Shown here: one piece after another, positions 50,300-63,599 of the stretch | How the letters are laid out: each line of letters begins with the position of its first letter | Position numbering within the stretch: position 1 is the stretch's first letter | From: Octopus sinensis | Lineage: Eukaryota | DNA: 64,000 nt | NCBI RefSeq assembly: GCF_006345805.1 | Contig: NC_043018.1 | Location: forward strand, 8,060,001 to 8,124,000 | Reading direction: 5' to 3' | Made by a program: the position numbers and the translations under genes | Notes under the pieces: model-generated | What the model was told of the DNA's origin: nothing | Seen by the model: only the letters and a program-made list of their open reading frames with translations | The model's database searches: none

Positions 50300-51181
50300 T
50301 TAGGTCATCCCATAGTGTGGCTTTTTCAATAAGTCAGAGGGGGATGGGATAAACTACCTGCATCAACTTGCTATAAAAGCAGGTAGTAATTTACCTTGTA
50401 TTTATTCTTAGTGTAAGTTTTTAAGAGTGCAGTTCAATTTTAACATTTTTTTTCCAAGCTATAATGGAAGTGACAAACAAGTATTTTCGGCATGTTTTAC
50501 TTTATAAGTTCAATAAAGACAACAACACAACAGAAAGTGTGAGAAATATTAAATGCAGTGTATGGGGATCGGATGATGAGCATTAGCCAGTGTCAACAGT
50601 AGTTTCAGAAATTCCGAGCTGGAAACTACAGCCTAGAAGATGAGCGTCGACCTGAAAGATCTGTAGAGTTTGACAAGGACATCCTGCAAACTCTGGAACA
50701 AAATTCCATCGTAAGTATTGAGGACCGAGCAGAGAAGCTTGGATTTGGTCGTTCAACCTTTCGTTGACACCTGCGTGCCATCAGAAAAGTCAGCAAATTT
50801 GGTCACTGGTTTCCTCAAAGTTTCCAAGAGTGAGTGTGTGTTCTTCTTTGCTGTCATGTCTCACAAATGAACCTTTTTTGCCCCACTCACCACATTCGCC
50901 AGACATTGTCCCATGTTATCATTTATTCCGTAGTCTTCAAAATCATTTGGACGGAAGAAATATGAATCCTGTAGACGAGGTCTGAATAGTACTGAAGGAG
51001 TATTTTTCGTCACAGATTAGTGAATTTTAGAAGAGGGGCCTTGCAAGTCGACCAGATAAATGGAAGAGCATTGTAGAAAATGAAGGAGAATATATTCCAG
51101 ATTAAAAAAGGACATTGTTTATCTTAATTTTGAAAAATAAAATAAATATAAAAAAGCTGCATTATTTATGGGATGGTCCAA
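50300..51181 (+). mobile_element. Internally deleted mariner (same family as 28158)
   Basis: TIR TTAGGTCATCCC ... ATGGGATGGTCCAA; remnants PHSPHSPDIVPCYHLFRSLQNHLDG. Confidence 0.87.
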
Positions 51182-52689
51182 TGTATCAAATGTACAGAAA
51201 ACAAAAGACAGACAGGTGAGGGAACAACAAGCAGGTGTATTAGTTTGTTGCTTGGGAAGAATGGAAAAGTTTTTGACATTTTGAAATACTCTTTGACAGA
51301 AAGAGATGACAGGGAAAAATGGGGAGAGAAAATGTGTTGGGTTTAACAGTTTAAGTGACTGGAAGAAAAAGGCTAAGCGTGCACACACACACAACTGGCT
51401 TCTTTCTGTTTCCGTCTACCAGATTTACTCAAGAGGCTTTCATTGGCCTGGAGCTTTGGTAGAAGACACTTGTTCATGGTGTAACAATGGGGCTGAATGC
51501 AAAACTATATTGTTGGGAAGCACATTTCTTCACCACAAAATCAACCTTATTCAATCAGAATGATTTTAATTATTTTTAACAAATCCAACTCTTTAAGTTA
51601 ATTATGATGTTACAATCTTTATTTTGTTTTCTCGTTAACCCATTAGCATTTAAACCATCCATGCCTGGCCAAAAATATTCTATTTTAGGCTCAAACTGAC
51701 CAGACCTGGCCTCTCACACCAACCCTGCAACATCATTCTAAAAGTTATGTTAGCTCATCAAAATCTCAAAGCTACAAAGATAATAAGGGATTAATTCAAA
51801 AACAATGTGAATAAGTAAGCATTTCATTTGACAGAGGAATCTGAATGCTAAAGAATTAATGGAGTTGGGGGGGCAGGGGCTATATCATTTTATCAATATC
51901 TAATGGGATGTGACGGATCCTGACGTTTCCATGTTAAGACTCACTACTTTAGATAATCTTGTGGCATCCACATTCTAACACTTACAGTACCTTGAAAATA
52001 TTTACAACTAAGAATCTAGTTGTCTTCCAATTATTTTTAACCCTTAAGCATTTAAATCAGTCATGTCTGACCCAAATATTCTATGTTTTATGTTCAAACT
52101 AGCTGGACCTGGTCTCTCAGGTTTCCTCCTATAATGTGATTCTAAAAGTAAATAATATCATTGAAATCTCAAAGCCACAACATAATCTTTCCTTTTTTCT
52201 TTCTTTTTTACTTGTTTCAGTCATTTGACTGCGGCCATGCTGGAGCACCGCCTTTAGTCGAACAAATCGACTCCAGGACTTATTCTTTGTAAGCCCAGTA
52301 CTTATTCTATCGCTCTCTTTTGCCGAACCGCTAAGTGACGCGGACGTAAACACACCAGCATCGGTTGTCAAGCAATGCTAGGGGGACAAACACAGACACA
52401 AACACACACACATATATATATACATACATACATACGACAGGCTTCTTTCAGTTTCCGTCTACCAAATCCACTCACAAGGCATTGGTCGGCCCGGGGCTAT
52501 ACCAGAAGACACTTGCCCAAGGTGCCACGCAGTGGGACTGAACCCGGAACCATGTGGTTGGGTAGCAAGCTACTTACCACACAGCCACTCCTGCGCCTAT
52601 AATGCACAATTAATTTAAAGCAATGTGAATAAATAGGCATTACATTTGACAGATGGTCTACTAGGTGGTCAGGTGGACAGAAACTTCAC

Positions 52690-53390
52690 GGTGAGTGGGC
52701 TTGAGGATCAGCCGGGAAAAGACAAAAGTGCTGTGCATCAACAACAAGCAGGAAGAGCCAATCCCAATCGAGGGGGCACCTGTGGAGGACGTTGGTGAGT
52801 TTGTCTATCTTGGCAGCAAGATCAGAAAATCAGGTGGATCAGACGAGGACATCACGGCAAGAAGCAAGAAGGCTTGGCAAGCCTTCGCTATTCTTTGGCC
52901 GGTATGGAAGTCCACTGCCATCTCAACTCTGCTTATTTAGTTCATACGTAAAATCTGTGCTTTTGTATGGCTCTGAAACATGGAGAGGCACCTGCAGCAA
53001 CTACAAGAAGATCCAGACCTTCATCAACAAATGTCTCCGGCAGATCCTCCATCTGAAGTGGTTCAGCAGAGTGCCAAACACCGACCTGTGGGAAAGGGCC
53101 AACCAGGAACCCATACATATTCAGACTAGACAAAGGAAATGGAGATGGATCGGACACACACTGCGGAAAGAACCCTCAAATGTGACACGACAAGCACTTG
53201 ACTGGAACCAGCAGGGGAAAAGGAATCAAGGACGCCCAAAGCAGACATGGAAGCGGAGCATTTTGGACAAGCTCAGGACCACCGGCCTGACATGGGAAGC
53301 AGCCAAGAAACATGCCAATGACCACGGAAAATGGAAAACAACTGTTGAGGCCCTATGCTCCATAAGGGGCAAAAGGATTAAGAAGAGAGG
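52690..53390 (+). mobile_element. RTE LINE 3' fragment
   Basis: GLRISREKTK...FVYLGS; VKSVLLYGSETW...RWIGHTLRK...GRPKQTW, with a frameshift. Confidence 0.92.
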
Positions 53391-53674
53391 ACATTTGACA
53401 GAATAATCTGAATGCTAAAGGGTTAAACTAGTCATATCCAACCCAAAAATTCTATCTTATGTTTGAACCTGTCAGATTCAACTTCTCACACCTACCCTTC
53501 AATGTCATTCTGAAAATAAACAATCACATCATTGAAATTACAAAGCTATAAGTTAATACAGGATTAATTCAAAATAATTTAAATCTATAAGCTTTACATT
53601 TGACAGAATGCTAAAAGTTTAATCATTTAAAAATTTTTTTTTATTTATATTTTTGCATTTCATCTCTTCCTTAG

Positions 53675-53717
53675 GTTTGTGTTTCAGTGTGAAGCCTGGG
53701 GTTAAAACCCCTCCAAG
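53675..53717 (+). CDS. UNG: UNG exon 5 (GLCFSV, Pro-rich loop)
   Basis: (G)LCFSVKPGVKTPP(S); CCTTAG acceptor, AG|GTAAAG donor; 43 nt phase 1/2. Confidence 0.93.
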
Positions 53718-54158
53718 GTAAAGATTTCTTCATCTTTTAAATACTCCTCCTTTTTAAACCCTTCTCTCCTAATTTTTTTTACTGGTTTCAGTCATTTGAC
53801 TACGACCATGTTGGGGGGTCACTGCCTTGAAGAATTTTTAGTTAAATGAATGAACCCCAGTATTTATTTATTATTTTTTTAAAGCCCAGTATTTATTCTG
53901 TGGGTTGTTTTTGCCAAACCGCTAAGTTATGGGGATGTAAACATACCAACACTGGTCATCAAGGAATAGGGGCAGGGGACTTACAAACACTTACAAGACT
54001 GGGTTCTTTCACTTTCCATCTACCAAATCCATTCAAAAGGCTTTGGTCAGCCTGAGGTTATAGTAGAAGACTCTTGCCCCAAAGTACCATGCAGTGGGAT
54101 TGAACCTAGCAAACTTCTTACCACACTGCTGCGCCTATATATGTAGTATGTATGTATG

Positions 54159-54243
<85 letters not shown>

Positions 54244-54244
54244 G

Positions 54245-54419
54245 TGTAAATGTAATATGTGATAATTATTCGGTAGCCAAGATAAAACTCTGAGTTTCGG
54301 ATACCGAGATGGAAATCCACCAGATAACTGAGGAGATGGTGGTGTGGATTTCCACCTCGGCATCCGAAACTGAGAGATTTATCTTGGCTACCGAATAATT
54401 GTCACATATTACATTTACA
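54245..54419. repeat. Foldback (~75-bp arms) between (TA)n tracts
   Basis: TGTAAATGTAATATGTG...GGAAATCCAC mirrored by GTGGATTTCC...CACATATTACATTTACA. Confidence 0.85.
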
Positions 54420-54663
54420 GATAAATTCCTCTATTTACATAATATTGAGGTCCCTTTCTTTCTTTTGTTATCTTACCGTTTTTACCAATATATATATATA
54501 TATATATATAATATAAATGAAAAAATGTATTGTAAATGAATGACATAACGTATACCCTTATATAAAAAGTGTAAGTGTGAAATCACTATGCTTGTCTCAG
54601 ACAAAAGCTTTCAGTGATGCAAAATCTTGGCCATTCATTGTTTCAGCTGAGGACACCAATGTC

Positions 54664-55126
54664 TTAAGTTAAGTTAATTTTGGGGCTCAAAAAGCAAAAA
54701 GCAAGGCCATGTAGGGGGACATGGAGTTATGTACAGGGAGAGTGTTCATGCAAAGAGTTCAGGCCATTTCTGGTCAAGAGAGACTTTGAACTGAGTGGTT
54801 GTCGGCATCTTCACTATCTCGTCCGGCAGCTTATTCCACGGATCCGCAACCCGGACGGAGAAATCCCCTCTCCTTCGATTGAGATGAAATCGTCGCAGAT
54901 AGAGCTTTTCGGAGTGACCCCGCAGCCTACGCTCTGGAGCAGGAGTGAAGAACAGCTCTTTCGAGAGGTTACACTTTCTGCTTATGAAGTTGTGAGCAAG
55001 AATGAGATCACCACGGTGGTGGTGTTTTTCTAGAGAATAAAGGTCGAGCGTCTTCAGCCTTTCTTCACAAGACAAATGCTTGAGACCAAGAACCATATTG
55101 CTTCCCACCAACTCTGCAACAGTCAT
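54664..55126 (-). mobile_element. CR1-type LINE 3' fragment
   Basis: ORF 54746-55126: LSCEERLKTLDLYSLEKHHHRGDLI...WNKLP, typical CR1 ORF2 C-terminus. Confidence 0.88.
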
Positions 55127-57742
55127 GCTGCTACATTACATGAGATGAGATGACCACTCACCAAACTGTTCTCTTAGCTAGATGTCTTCAACCCTATCCA
55201 CTTGACCATTTGTGCTTGCAGTACATGAAACTGGTTTCCACTCCATCTTCCTCTATCAAATTTCTCTCAATCTGTTGATGACGTTATCACTATGTCAGAA
55301 GGCATTTGCTAAAGATGGTGTGCAGGGAGTTTCCATGATGTGCTTCGTTAGAAAGTTTTGCTTATATGACTGAATTAAGTAAACGAGCTGCATCATCATC
55401 ATTTAGCGTCCGCTTTCCATGCTAGCATGGGTTGGACAGTTCAACTGGGGTCTGGGAAGCCAGAAGGCTGCATCAGGCCCAGTCTGATCTGGCAATGTTT
55501 CTACGGCTGGATGCCCTTCCTAACGCCAACCATTCTGTGAGTGTAGTGGGTGCTTTTTATGTGCCACCGGCACAGGTGCCAGACAGGGCTGGCAAATGGA
55601 CACAGTTGGATGGTGGTTTATACGTGCCACCGGCTTCTGTTGCAATAATGCTTGTTTGCAACCATGTTAAGATGAGACTACACACATGCACATGTGTGTA
55701 TACATGACTGGCTTCTTTCAATTTCTATCTACCAAATCCACTTATAAGGCTTTGGTTGGCCCAAGGCTATAGTAGAAGACACTTGCCCATGGTGCCATGC
55801 AGTAGGAATGAACGCAAAGCTTCGTGGTTAGGAAGCAAACTTCTTAACCATACAGCCACGCCTGTACCTTTATGTCTGTGTGTATGAGTATATATACTCA
55901 TGTGGAGGCACAGTGGCCCAGTGGTTAGAACAGCAGACTCGCAGTCGTAGGATCACAGTTTCGATTGCCAGACCGGGCATTGTGAGTGTTTATTGAGCGA
56001 AAACACCTTAAACTCCATGTGGCTCCAGCAGGGGGCAGGTGGTGAAACCTGTTGTACTCTTTCACCACAACTCTCTCTCACTGTTTCTTCCTGTTTCTGT
56101 TGTACCTGTATTTCAAAGGATCAGCCTTGTCACGCTGAATCTCTCCAAGAACTACGTTAAAGGTACACGTGTCTGTGGAGTGCTCAGCCACTTGCACATA
56201 AATAAATGAGTTGCAATGTCACAGGTGCCAAGCTACAGCTTGGCACCTGTGACTTAGCCTTTCCCTTGGATACCATCAGTGGTGTGGAGAGGAGAGGGTG
56301 GTATGCATGGGCAACTGGTGGTCTTCCATAAACAACCTTGCCCGGACATGTGCCTTGGAGGGTAACTTTCTAGGTGCAATCCCATGGTCATTCATGACCG
56401 AAGGGGGTCACAACAACGCAACATGCACACATACACACACACTGAGTAGCCTTCAGTCTTTAACCAAGTGTATGTATGGGGTGTTAGGGCTAAATTTGAT
56501 GTTTTGTTTCCTTTTCTCAGGAGCAACTTGATGTATCAGAGAGCATAAAGATTAATGTTGTAGTTGAGAAAAAGTTAGCTTACATGGAGGACTGGAAGCC
56601 ATCTGAATATTGGAAAAGAGTTCCCTGTATCGTGATGGTTCATGTTTGCCATCAAATTGCTGAGACCATGACTGCTGCTCTTTGCTCTGTGAACACTGTA
56701 AAGGCTGTTGGACATAACATGGGCAATTGCAATGGTGACGTCCAGTAGGAATCGACATGGCAAGTATTCTCGCTGTGTCTGCATGTCAGGACTCATTCCT
56801 ACATCCTTGAACAAGACTTTCGGCTCAATTTAGACAGCTATGTGAAACTGCTGGGAGGCCAGATTCTGCACCTTGCCATATCTCTGGAGAGAGTCAGAAG
56901 TGGCTGTCAAAGAATTTCTTATTTCTTTATTGCCCACAAGGGGCTAAACATAGAGGGGACAAACAAGGACAGACAAAGGAATTAAGTCGATTACATCGAC
57001 CCCAGTGTGTAGCTGGTACTTAATTTATCGACCCCGAAAGGATGAAAGGCAAAGTCGACCTCGGCAGAATTTGAACTCAGAATGTAAAGACAGACAAAAT
57101 ACCTATTTCTTTACTACCCACAAGGGGCTAAACACAGAGAGAACAAACAAGGACAGACAAATGGATTAAGTTGATTATGTCGACCCCAGTGTGGAGCTGG
57201 TACTTAATTTATCAACCCCGAAAGGATGAAAGGCAAAGTCGACCATGGCGGAATTTGAACTCAGAACATAACGGCAGACGAAATACCACTAAGCATTTCA
57301 TCCAGTGTGCTAACATTTCTGCCAGCTTGCCGCCTTTCAGAGAATTTCTACAGCTTCACCAAATCCAATTCCCCCAATTGTAATCATGGATTTCCATGTG
57401 AAACATAGTTGAAAAAGACACCAACAGCTCTGCCTGCTACAACAAGGCCAAGGAGGTGTTTGAAGATCTTCCCAGGGGCAACAATAAGGAACACATGCAC
57501 CGATTCCATTGCCATTTTGAGACTGGTGGAAGCTGAGGGCGACTGCTTGGAGTAAACTGTTGTCTCCCAGTCATAATCTAGTTAATATTTTTAGATTTTT
57601 TAAAAATACTTTTATTTTTGGATAGGATGTTGTTTTCTTTTCCTTTTATGCAAACTATTGAATTTACTCTGAACACTCTCTATATTGTGTGTGTGTGTGT
57701 GTGGAGAGAAGTGTTGTCTGATGTTAAGATATCTATTTGCAG

Positions 57743-57831
57743 TTTAGTGAATATTTACAAAGAACTCGAAACTGATATTCCTGGTTTCCAAATTCCAAAC
57801 CATGGCACACTTACAGGATGGGCAAAGCAAG
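57743..57831 (+). CDS. UNG: UNG exon 6
   Basis: (S)[29 protein letters not shown](G); TTTGCAG acceptor, G|GTAGGT donor; 89 nt phase 2/1. Confidence 0.96.
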
Positions 57832-57879
57832 GTAGGTTGTTTAATTAAATATCTGATTTGATGAATCTTATATTAATAA

Positions 57880-58274
57880 CTAGCAGTATCGCCCGGCGTT
57901 GCTCGGGTTTGTAAGGGAAATAACTATATAAGCATTTTTAGAGAGTTATAGCCAAAAAATAGCAAAAAAATTCATTAAAAATGGGGAAAAATGATGGTAA
58001 ATTTTTTTTTAAATCGTTGACTCATCGTAGACATTTTTAGAGAGTTACTTCCCTTATATAATAACGAAAAAATGCATTCAAATGGAAAAAAATTATGGTA
58101 AATTTTTTTAAAATCGTAAACTCATCGTAGACGCACGCTAATACCCAGAAGGGCTCGATATGAATCACGACTATAAGATACCCGGTTTTGGTTAAACTGC
58201 ACCGCAAAATGTGGAGTAGTTAGGAATCTAAATCGTAGGAGACAGACACACAACTTCACTTTTATATATAAAGA
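57880..58274 (-). mobile_element. Non-autonomous Helitron
   Basis: TC...CCCGAGCAACGCCGGG...CTAG; A|T target. Confidence 0.88.
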
Positions 58275-58815
58275 TAATCTGGTGGAATGGTAGAGCAAGA
58301 ACGTTTTGTCCCATTCTTTGGAGATGAGGCCTACGGCTGTTTTTACATTGAGAATGACATCCATTTTAATCAGCTTAACAATGTTACCCTTCTGCAAATA
58401 GACATTATATTCTTTTATTTGTTTCAGTCATTTGACTGTGGCCATGCTGGAGCACTGCCTCGAAGGGTTTTAGTTGAACAAATTGACCCGACCCCGGGAC
58501 TTATTTTTTAAGCCTAGTACTTATTTTGTCAGTCTCTTTAGTTGAACAAATTGACCCCGGGACTTATTTTTTAAGCCTAGTACTTATTTTGTCAGTCTCT
58601 TTTGCCAAGCTACTAACTTATAGGGATATAAACACAACACCAGTTATCAAGCATTGATAGGGGGGACAAACACAGATACAAAGACACGTAACACATAAAT
58701 TTGTGTGTGTTATATAAATTACAAAATACAAAGCTATATCTTGAGATCGTTAGTGACAACAACACTCAAAATATATAACAGACTGGAATTGTAGTGCTCA
58801 AATGAGCTGTATTCA

Positions 58816-59499
58816 CTTATTAATCCAAGGGGAGGCAATGTGAGCAGCAACTAAAGGAACATTACAAAATCCACAGAAATATCAAACACATACATATATT
58901 CATTTATATCTACAGAACAGATATAAAGCCCGACGTTTAAAGATATAGTAATATATATATAACAAATTGAGATAGGGGTTGTGAGTGCAACCCACCATGG
59001 GATAACATATATCCAATATACTGCTAGTAAAGCACCCAACAAAGTAATACATAAATGCTAAAAATTGCGATGCAATTAATTCATTCACTGTATTATATGG
59101 GCGCAGGTAAAATGTTTTACCACAAATTAATAATACAAAATAAGGAAATGGAGAAATACACCTTAATTAATAATCAACTACCAGATAATACCCAATCACA
59201 ATTTATTAAACCACTACATATGAACATTAAGGTCAAACAATAATATAGAACAAAACAATGTACATGAAAGAGTAATATGATACAATAAGTACAGTATGTA
59301 TAAGTGAATATAAATAAATACAAATATAAATATATTTATATTATCTGGTAGTTGATCATTGATTAAGATGTGTTTCTCCATTTTCTTATTTTGTAATATA
59401 TAAATATATATATTTATATTATGTATGTGTTTGATCTTTCTGTGGATTTTGTAATGTTCCTTTAGTTGCTGCTCACATTGCCTCCCCTCGGATTAATAA

Positions 59500-59500
<1 letters not shown>
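58816..59500. repeat. Nested inverted repeats of the same Penelope-like family
   Basis: Outer arms 58816-58885 / 59436-59500; inner arms ~59130-59190 / 59338-59396. Confidence 0.75.
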
Positions 59501-59552
<52 letters not shown>

Positions 59553-61312
59553 CACATACATACTATAAAGTATATGGAAAGGAAAAAAATATATAGGTGT
59601 AGACGATCTTTAATTGCTTGGATTGTACCTGTGGACTTGAATGTTTGACATCCCTTTGAAGAATTTCGATCCTCACCTCCTTTGTGATGTCATCATCATC
59701 ACCGTTTAACATCCGCCTTCCATGATAGCATGGGTTGGACGATTTGACTGAGGACTGGTGAACCAGACGGCCGCACCAGGCTCCGATCTTGATCTGGCAG
59801 AGTTTCTACAGCTGGATGCCCTTCCTGACGCCAACCACTCCGAGAGTGTAGTGGGTGCTTTTCCATGCCACAGGCACGGGGGCCAGTAAGGCAGTACTGG
59901 CAACAACTGCGCTCGAATGTCTTTTCACACTCGAATGGTGCCATTTACATGCCACTGGCACGATATATACATACATATATATATCTATATATATGACGGG
60001 CTTCTACCAAATCCACTCACAAAGCTTTGGATTGATCTGAGGCTATAGTAGAAGACACTTGCCCAAGGTACCACACTGTGAGACTGAACCTGGTACCATG
60101 TGGTTGGGAAGCTAGCTTCTTACCACACAGCCATACATTGTTTAACATACACTTTTCCATGCTTGCATGGGTCAGATGGAATTTGTGGGGAGAGATTTTC
60201 TCCAGCCATATGCAATTCCTGTCACTAATTCTCGCCTGCTTCCAAGTAAGGTAATATTTCTCAATGGCCAGGCATGGTTTTCATGAATGTTTTTAAAATG
60301 AAGAATATTGCTTGTATGATAGTGACATTTATTTACAACAAATACCTGATATCAAGACAATTATCATCATCATCATCGTTTAACGTCCGTTTTCCGTGCT
60401 AGCACAGGTTGGACATTTTGACCGGCGTCTGGGAAGCCAGGAGGCTGCACCTGGCTCCAGTCTGATATGGCAGTGTTTCTACAGCTTGATGACCTTCCTA
60501 ACACCAACCACTCCGAGAGTGTAGTGGTTGCTTTTACGTGCCACCAGCATCGATCGGTTGGGGCTTTTTACGTGCCACCAGCACAGAAGCCAGTCAAGGC
60601 GGCGCTGGCATCAGCTACGTTCAGATGGTGCTTTTTACATGCCACCGGCACGGGTATCACAACTACAATTTCCATTTGATATTTATTAGGAGACACTAAT
60701 TCATACACATGTTCAATGGGATTCTTTCAGTTTCCATCTAAATCCATTCACAAGGCTTTGGTCAGCCTGGCACTATACACAGTAGAACTGAACCCAGAAC
60801 TAAGTTGTTTGGAAGCAAGCTTCTTAACCATACAGCCATTCCTGTGCCTCTGGTAAAATGGAATAAGCCTTCACAATCGCACTTTTATTCTGCTGTTTTC
60901 TGGACATACACCTATTTCTTTACTGTCCACAAGGGGCTAAACACAGAGGGGACAAACAAGGACAGACAAACGGATAAAGTCGATTATATTGACCCCAGTG
61001 CGTAACTGGTACTTATTTAATTGACCCCGAAAGGATGAAAGGCAAAGTCGACCTCGGCAGAATTTGAACTCAGAACATAACAGCATACGAAATACCGCTA
61101 AGCATTTTGCCCGGTGTGCTAACGATTCTGCCAGCTCACCGCCTTTTCTGGACATACAGAAATAATGAACGAAATAATATTTGTAGCTCTTGTTTTAAAT
61201 CGATTTGTTTTCACCATATTTAAGGCTAAATTTTCATGACATTTTGTGTGTTTCTCTTTTTCCATTAAATTCCATTCTGACTGAGTAATTACCTTTATCT
61301 TCTGATTGTCAG

Positions 61313-61491
61313 GTGTCTTACTTCTCAACTCCTGTCTCACTGTCCGAGCTTCACAGGCTAATTCTCACAAAGACCGTGGCTGGGAGCAACTGACCGATGC
61401 TGTTATCAGATGGCTTAATGATAATTCTTCTGCTCTTGTCTTTGTCCTATGGGGAGCATATGCTCAAAAGAAAGGTGCTTTCATAAACAAG
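61313..61491 (+). CDS. UNG: UNG exon 7 (LLLN uracil-specificity motif)
   Basis: (G)[59 protein letters not shown]; GTCAG acceptor, AAG|GTGAGG donor; 179 nt phase 1/0. Confidence 0.97.
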
Positions 61492-62024
61492 GTGAGGAAT
61501 ATACATCATTATTTTGGCTTTGGGCATCTCTTTTTACCTACTTCCAAAATGTGTGGAAATCATGTGTAGTAATTTCAAAGCTTAATTGTTTCCCAAATTG
61601 GAATTCTACTCGTATATCTTGGACAGTACTGTTGCTACACACCCAAACATTGGAGGTGCATGGCTTAGTGGTTATATATTAGAGGTTCACAGTCTGGTCA
61701 TTTTTAGTCCAATCATAAAACAGTAATTGGAAGCCCTGCAGAAAATGCATGGTAGCTGTCTGTTACAAAATGACAACAGGCACAGAATGATATTGCTTGT
61801 CAAAAACTTGTGGTGGTGAAAGTGTCACAGTTGCACTTGGTACAGCATTCTGGTTACTATGAAAACAAGGAAGGCTACAACTTTGTTGCTATGGAAACAG
61901 ACACCAATGTGAGATTTATGGCTATCTCTATAACGATGGCTTTCAATTGGCTAAAATTACCCAAGATTTTCAAACTTTAAAAGGTATTAACTTTATTAGT
62001 TTATGACAAAAATGAATTTCATTT

Positions 62025-62437
62025 GGATCTTTTTGGTTTGAACGGCAGTTTTTTCTAGCAGTGTCATATGAAATTGTCACCCATAATTATGACCCTAGTA
62101 TCGATCTATTGCATTTCAATCTGTTTTAGGGTTATAGCTAGGGTTAGGGGTGGGGGGAAGGGTATTTTTCTTCTTCAGAAATGTAAATAAACCCAATCTG
62201 TTTCTTAAACGAGGGACATATTCATATGGCACAGAATGTTTTCACCTCATTGATTGGTTGAAATTGCAGAAATTGAAGAAAAAAAAACAACAAATATCTT
62301 ACAAACTATAGAATTTTCTCAATAAAGCCAAGAGAAAAAGATGTTTTATAAACACATTCTACCAGTATACGAAGTTTAAAAGTGTTTAGTTACATGGAAA
62401 TTATTTTTAAAAACTGCCGTTCAAACCAAAAAGATTC
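62025..62437 (-). mobile_element. MITE (same family as 20761)
   Basis: GGATCTTTTT...AAAAAGATTC; TSD TTTCATTT/TTTCCTTT. Confidence 0.85.
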
Positions 62438-62707
62438 TTTCCTTTTCATAATTTGCATACAAAACCAAATCAGTATAACCAAATTTTAAAAAATACGAAA
62501 TTTGACAGCAACTGAAGATCTGGTTGTGGGAATAGTAAAGACTTGTGTATTGGAATGGGAGAGTTGTAAAAGTGGTAAAGACTAGTATAACTGGAGGGGG
62601 AGGTTATGAGAAGGATAAAGATTTGGGGGTCATGTATTTATGGTAAAGATTTTATATTTCATTTTGCTGTTTTGTTTGATTTCTTTTTACTTTTTCTCTG
62701 CTTTCAG

Positions 62708-62851
62708 CAAAAACACTGCATCCTAAAAAGCGCCCACCCATCTCCTTTCTCAGCCAACAACGGGTTCTTTGGTTGCAAACATTTCTCCAAATGTAATGCC
62801 TACCTTTCAAAAAACAACAAAAAGACCATTGACTGGAAAAAAGTTCTGTAA
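62708..62851 (+). CDS. UNG: UNG exon 8 (HPSP intercalation loop, C-terminus)
   Basis: [50 protein letters not shown]; TTTCAG acceptor, phase 0. Confidence 0.97.
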   Translation, partial: QKHCILKSAHPSPFSANNGFFGCKHFSKCNAYLSKNNKKTIDWKKVL

Positions 62852-63161
62852 ATTTCTTTCAAATCATATTTTTAGAAAATAACTTCAAATCATTTAAAAA
62901 AAAAAAAGAGAAAAAAAACCTTCAAACAAAAACTTTCATCAAGATTCAATGATTTGTTTTTAAATTCAAAATCTCATTTTTATCTTTATTAACCAACTTG
63001 CATCTGTTAAATATCTTTTTTACCTCATTTCATATCCAGTATTTCATCATTCCAACAACATTAACAGCTACTTCAAGACTGTTTCTTCTTCACATTTCCA
63101 TTACATCTAGTTGAGAAGCATTCTAGCTCTCTCAATCAGTAACCCTTGGATCTCTATATGC

Positions 63162-63354
63162 CAGTGCTTTTCAAACTTTTTGCTGGAGCAGAACCCCAAG
63201 GAAACATTCCACTGGCTCGAGGAACCCCTGTGCAATAATTTAATAGTCTTATGCACACATATCTGCACAGGAGAATTAAAAATTACTGCCGATTTTAGCA
63301 ACTTCTTACGGAACCCCTGGACTGTACTGGCAGAACCCTGGTTGAAAACCACTG
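63162..63354 (-). mobile_element. hAT-Buster MITE
   Basis: Same family; perfect TSD CTATATGC. Confidence 0.9.
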
Positions 63355-63599
63355 CTATATGCATTGAATGGTGCATTGAATAGTGTCATACAGTATTTTT
63401 ATATGTTTTTAGCTACATTTATGTTTGCATTTGGACTTGCAGAGTCTTTCGTGATTTGTACAATTAAGTGAATTGCCTCCAGTCCGAATTTTGTTTGTTT
63501 GCAGATGTTTCGTCACTTATTGTCATTTAGTGTCAATAGTCAGAAGCAACCTAATCTGACCTCTAAATCAGAGCCTGGACAATACATCTATATTGATCA

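Noticed and set aside
59655-59705. Minus-strand hammerhead-like TGATGA...GATCGAAA
   Set aside because: The TGATGA comes from an adjacent SINE (CAT)n tail; no convincing stem I/III or NUH triplet.
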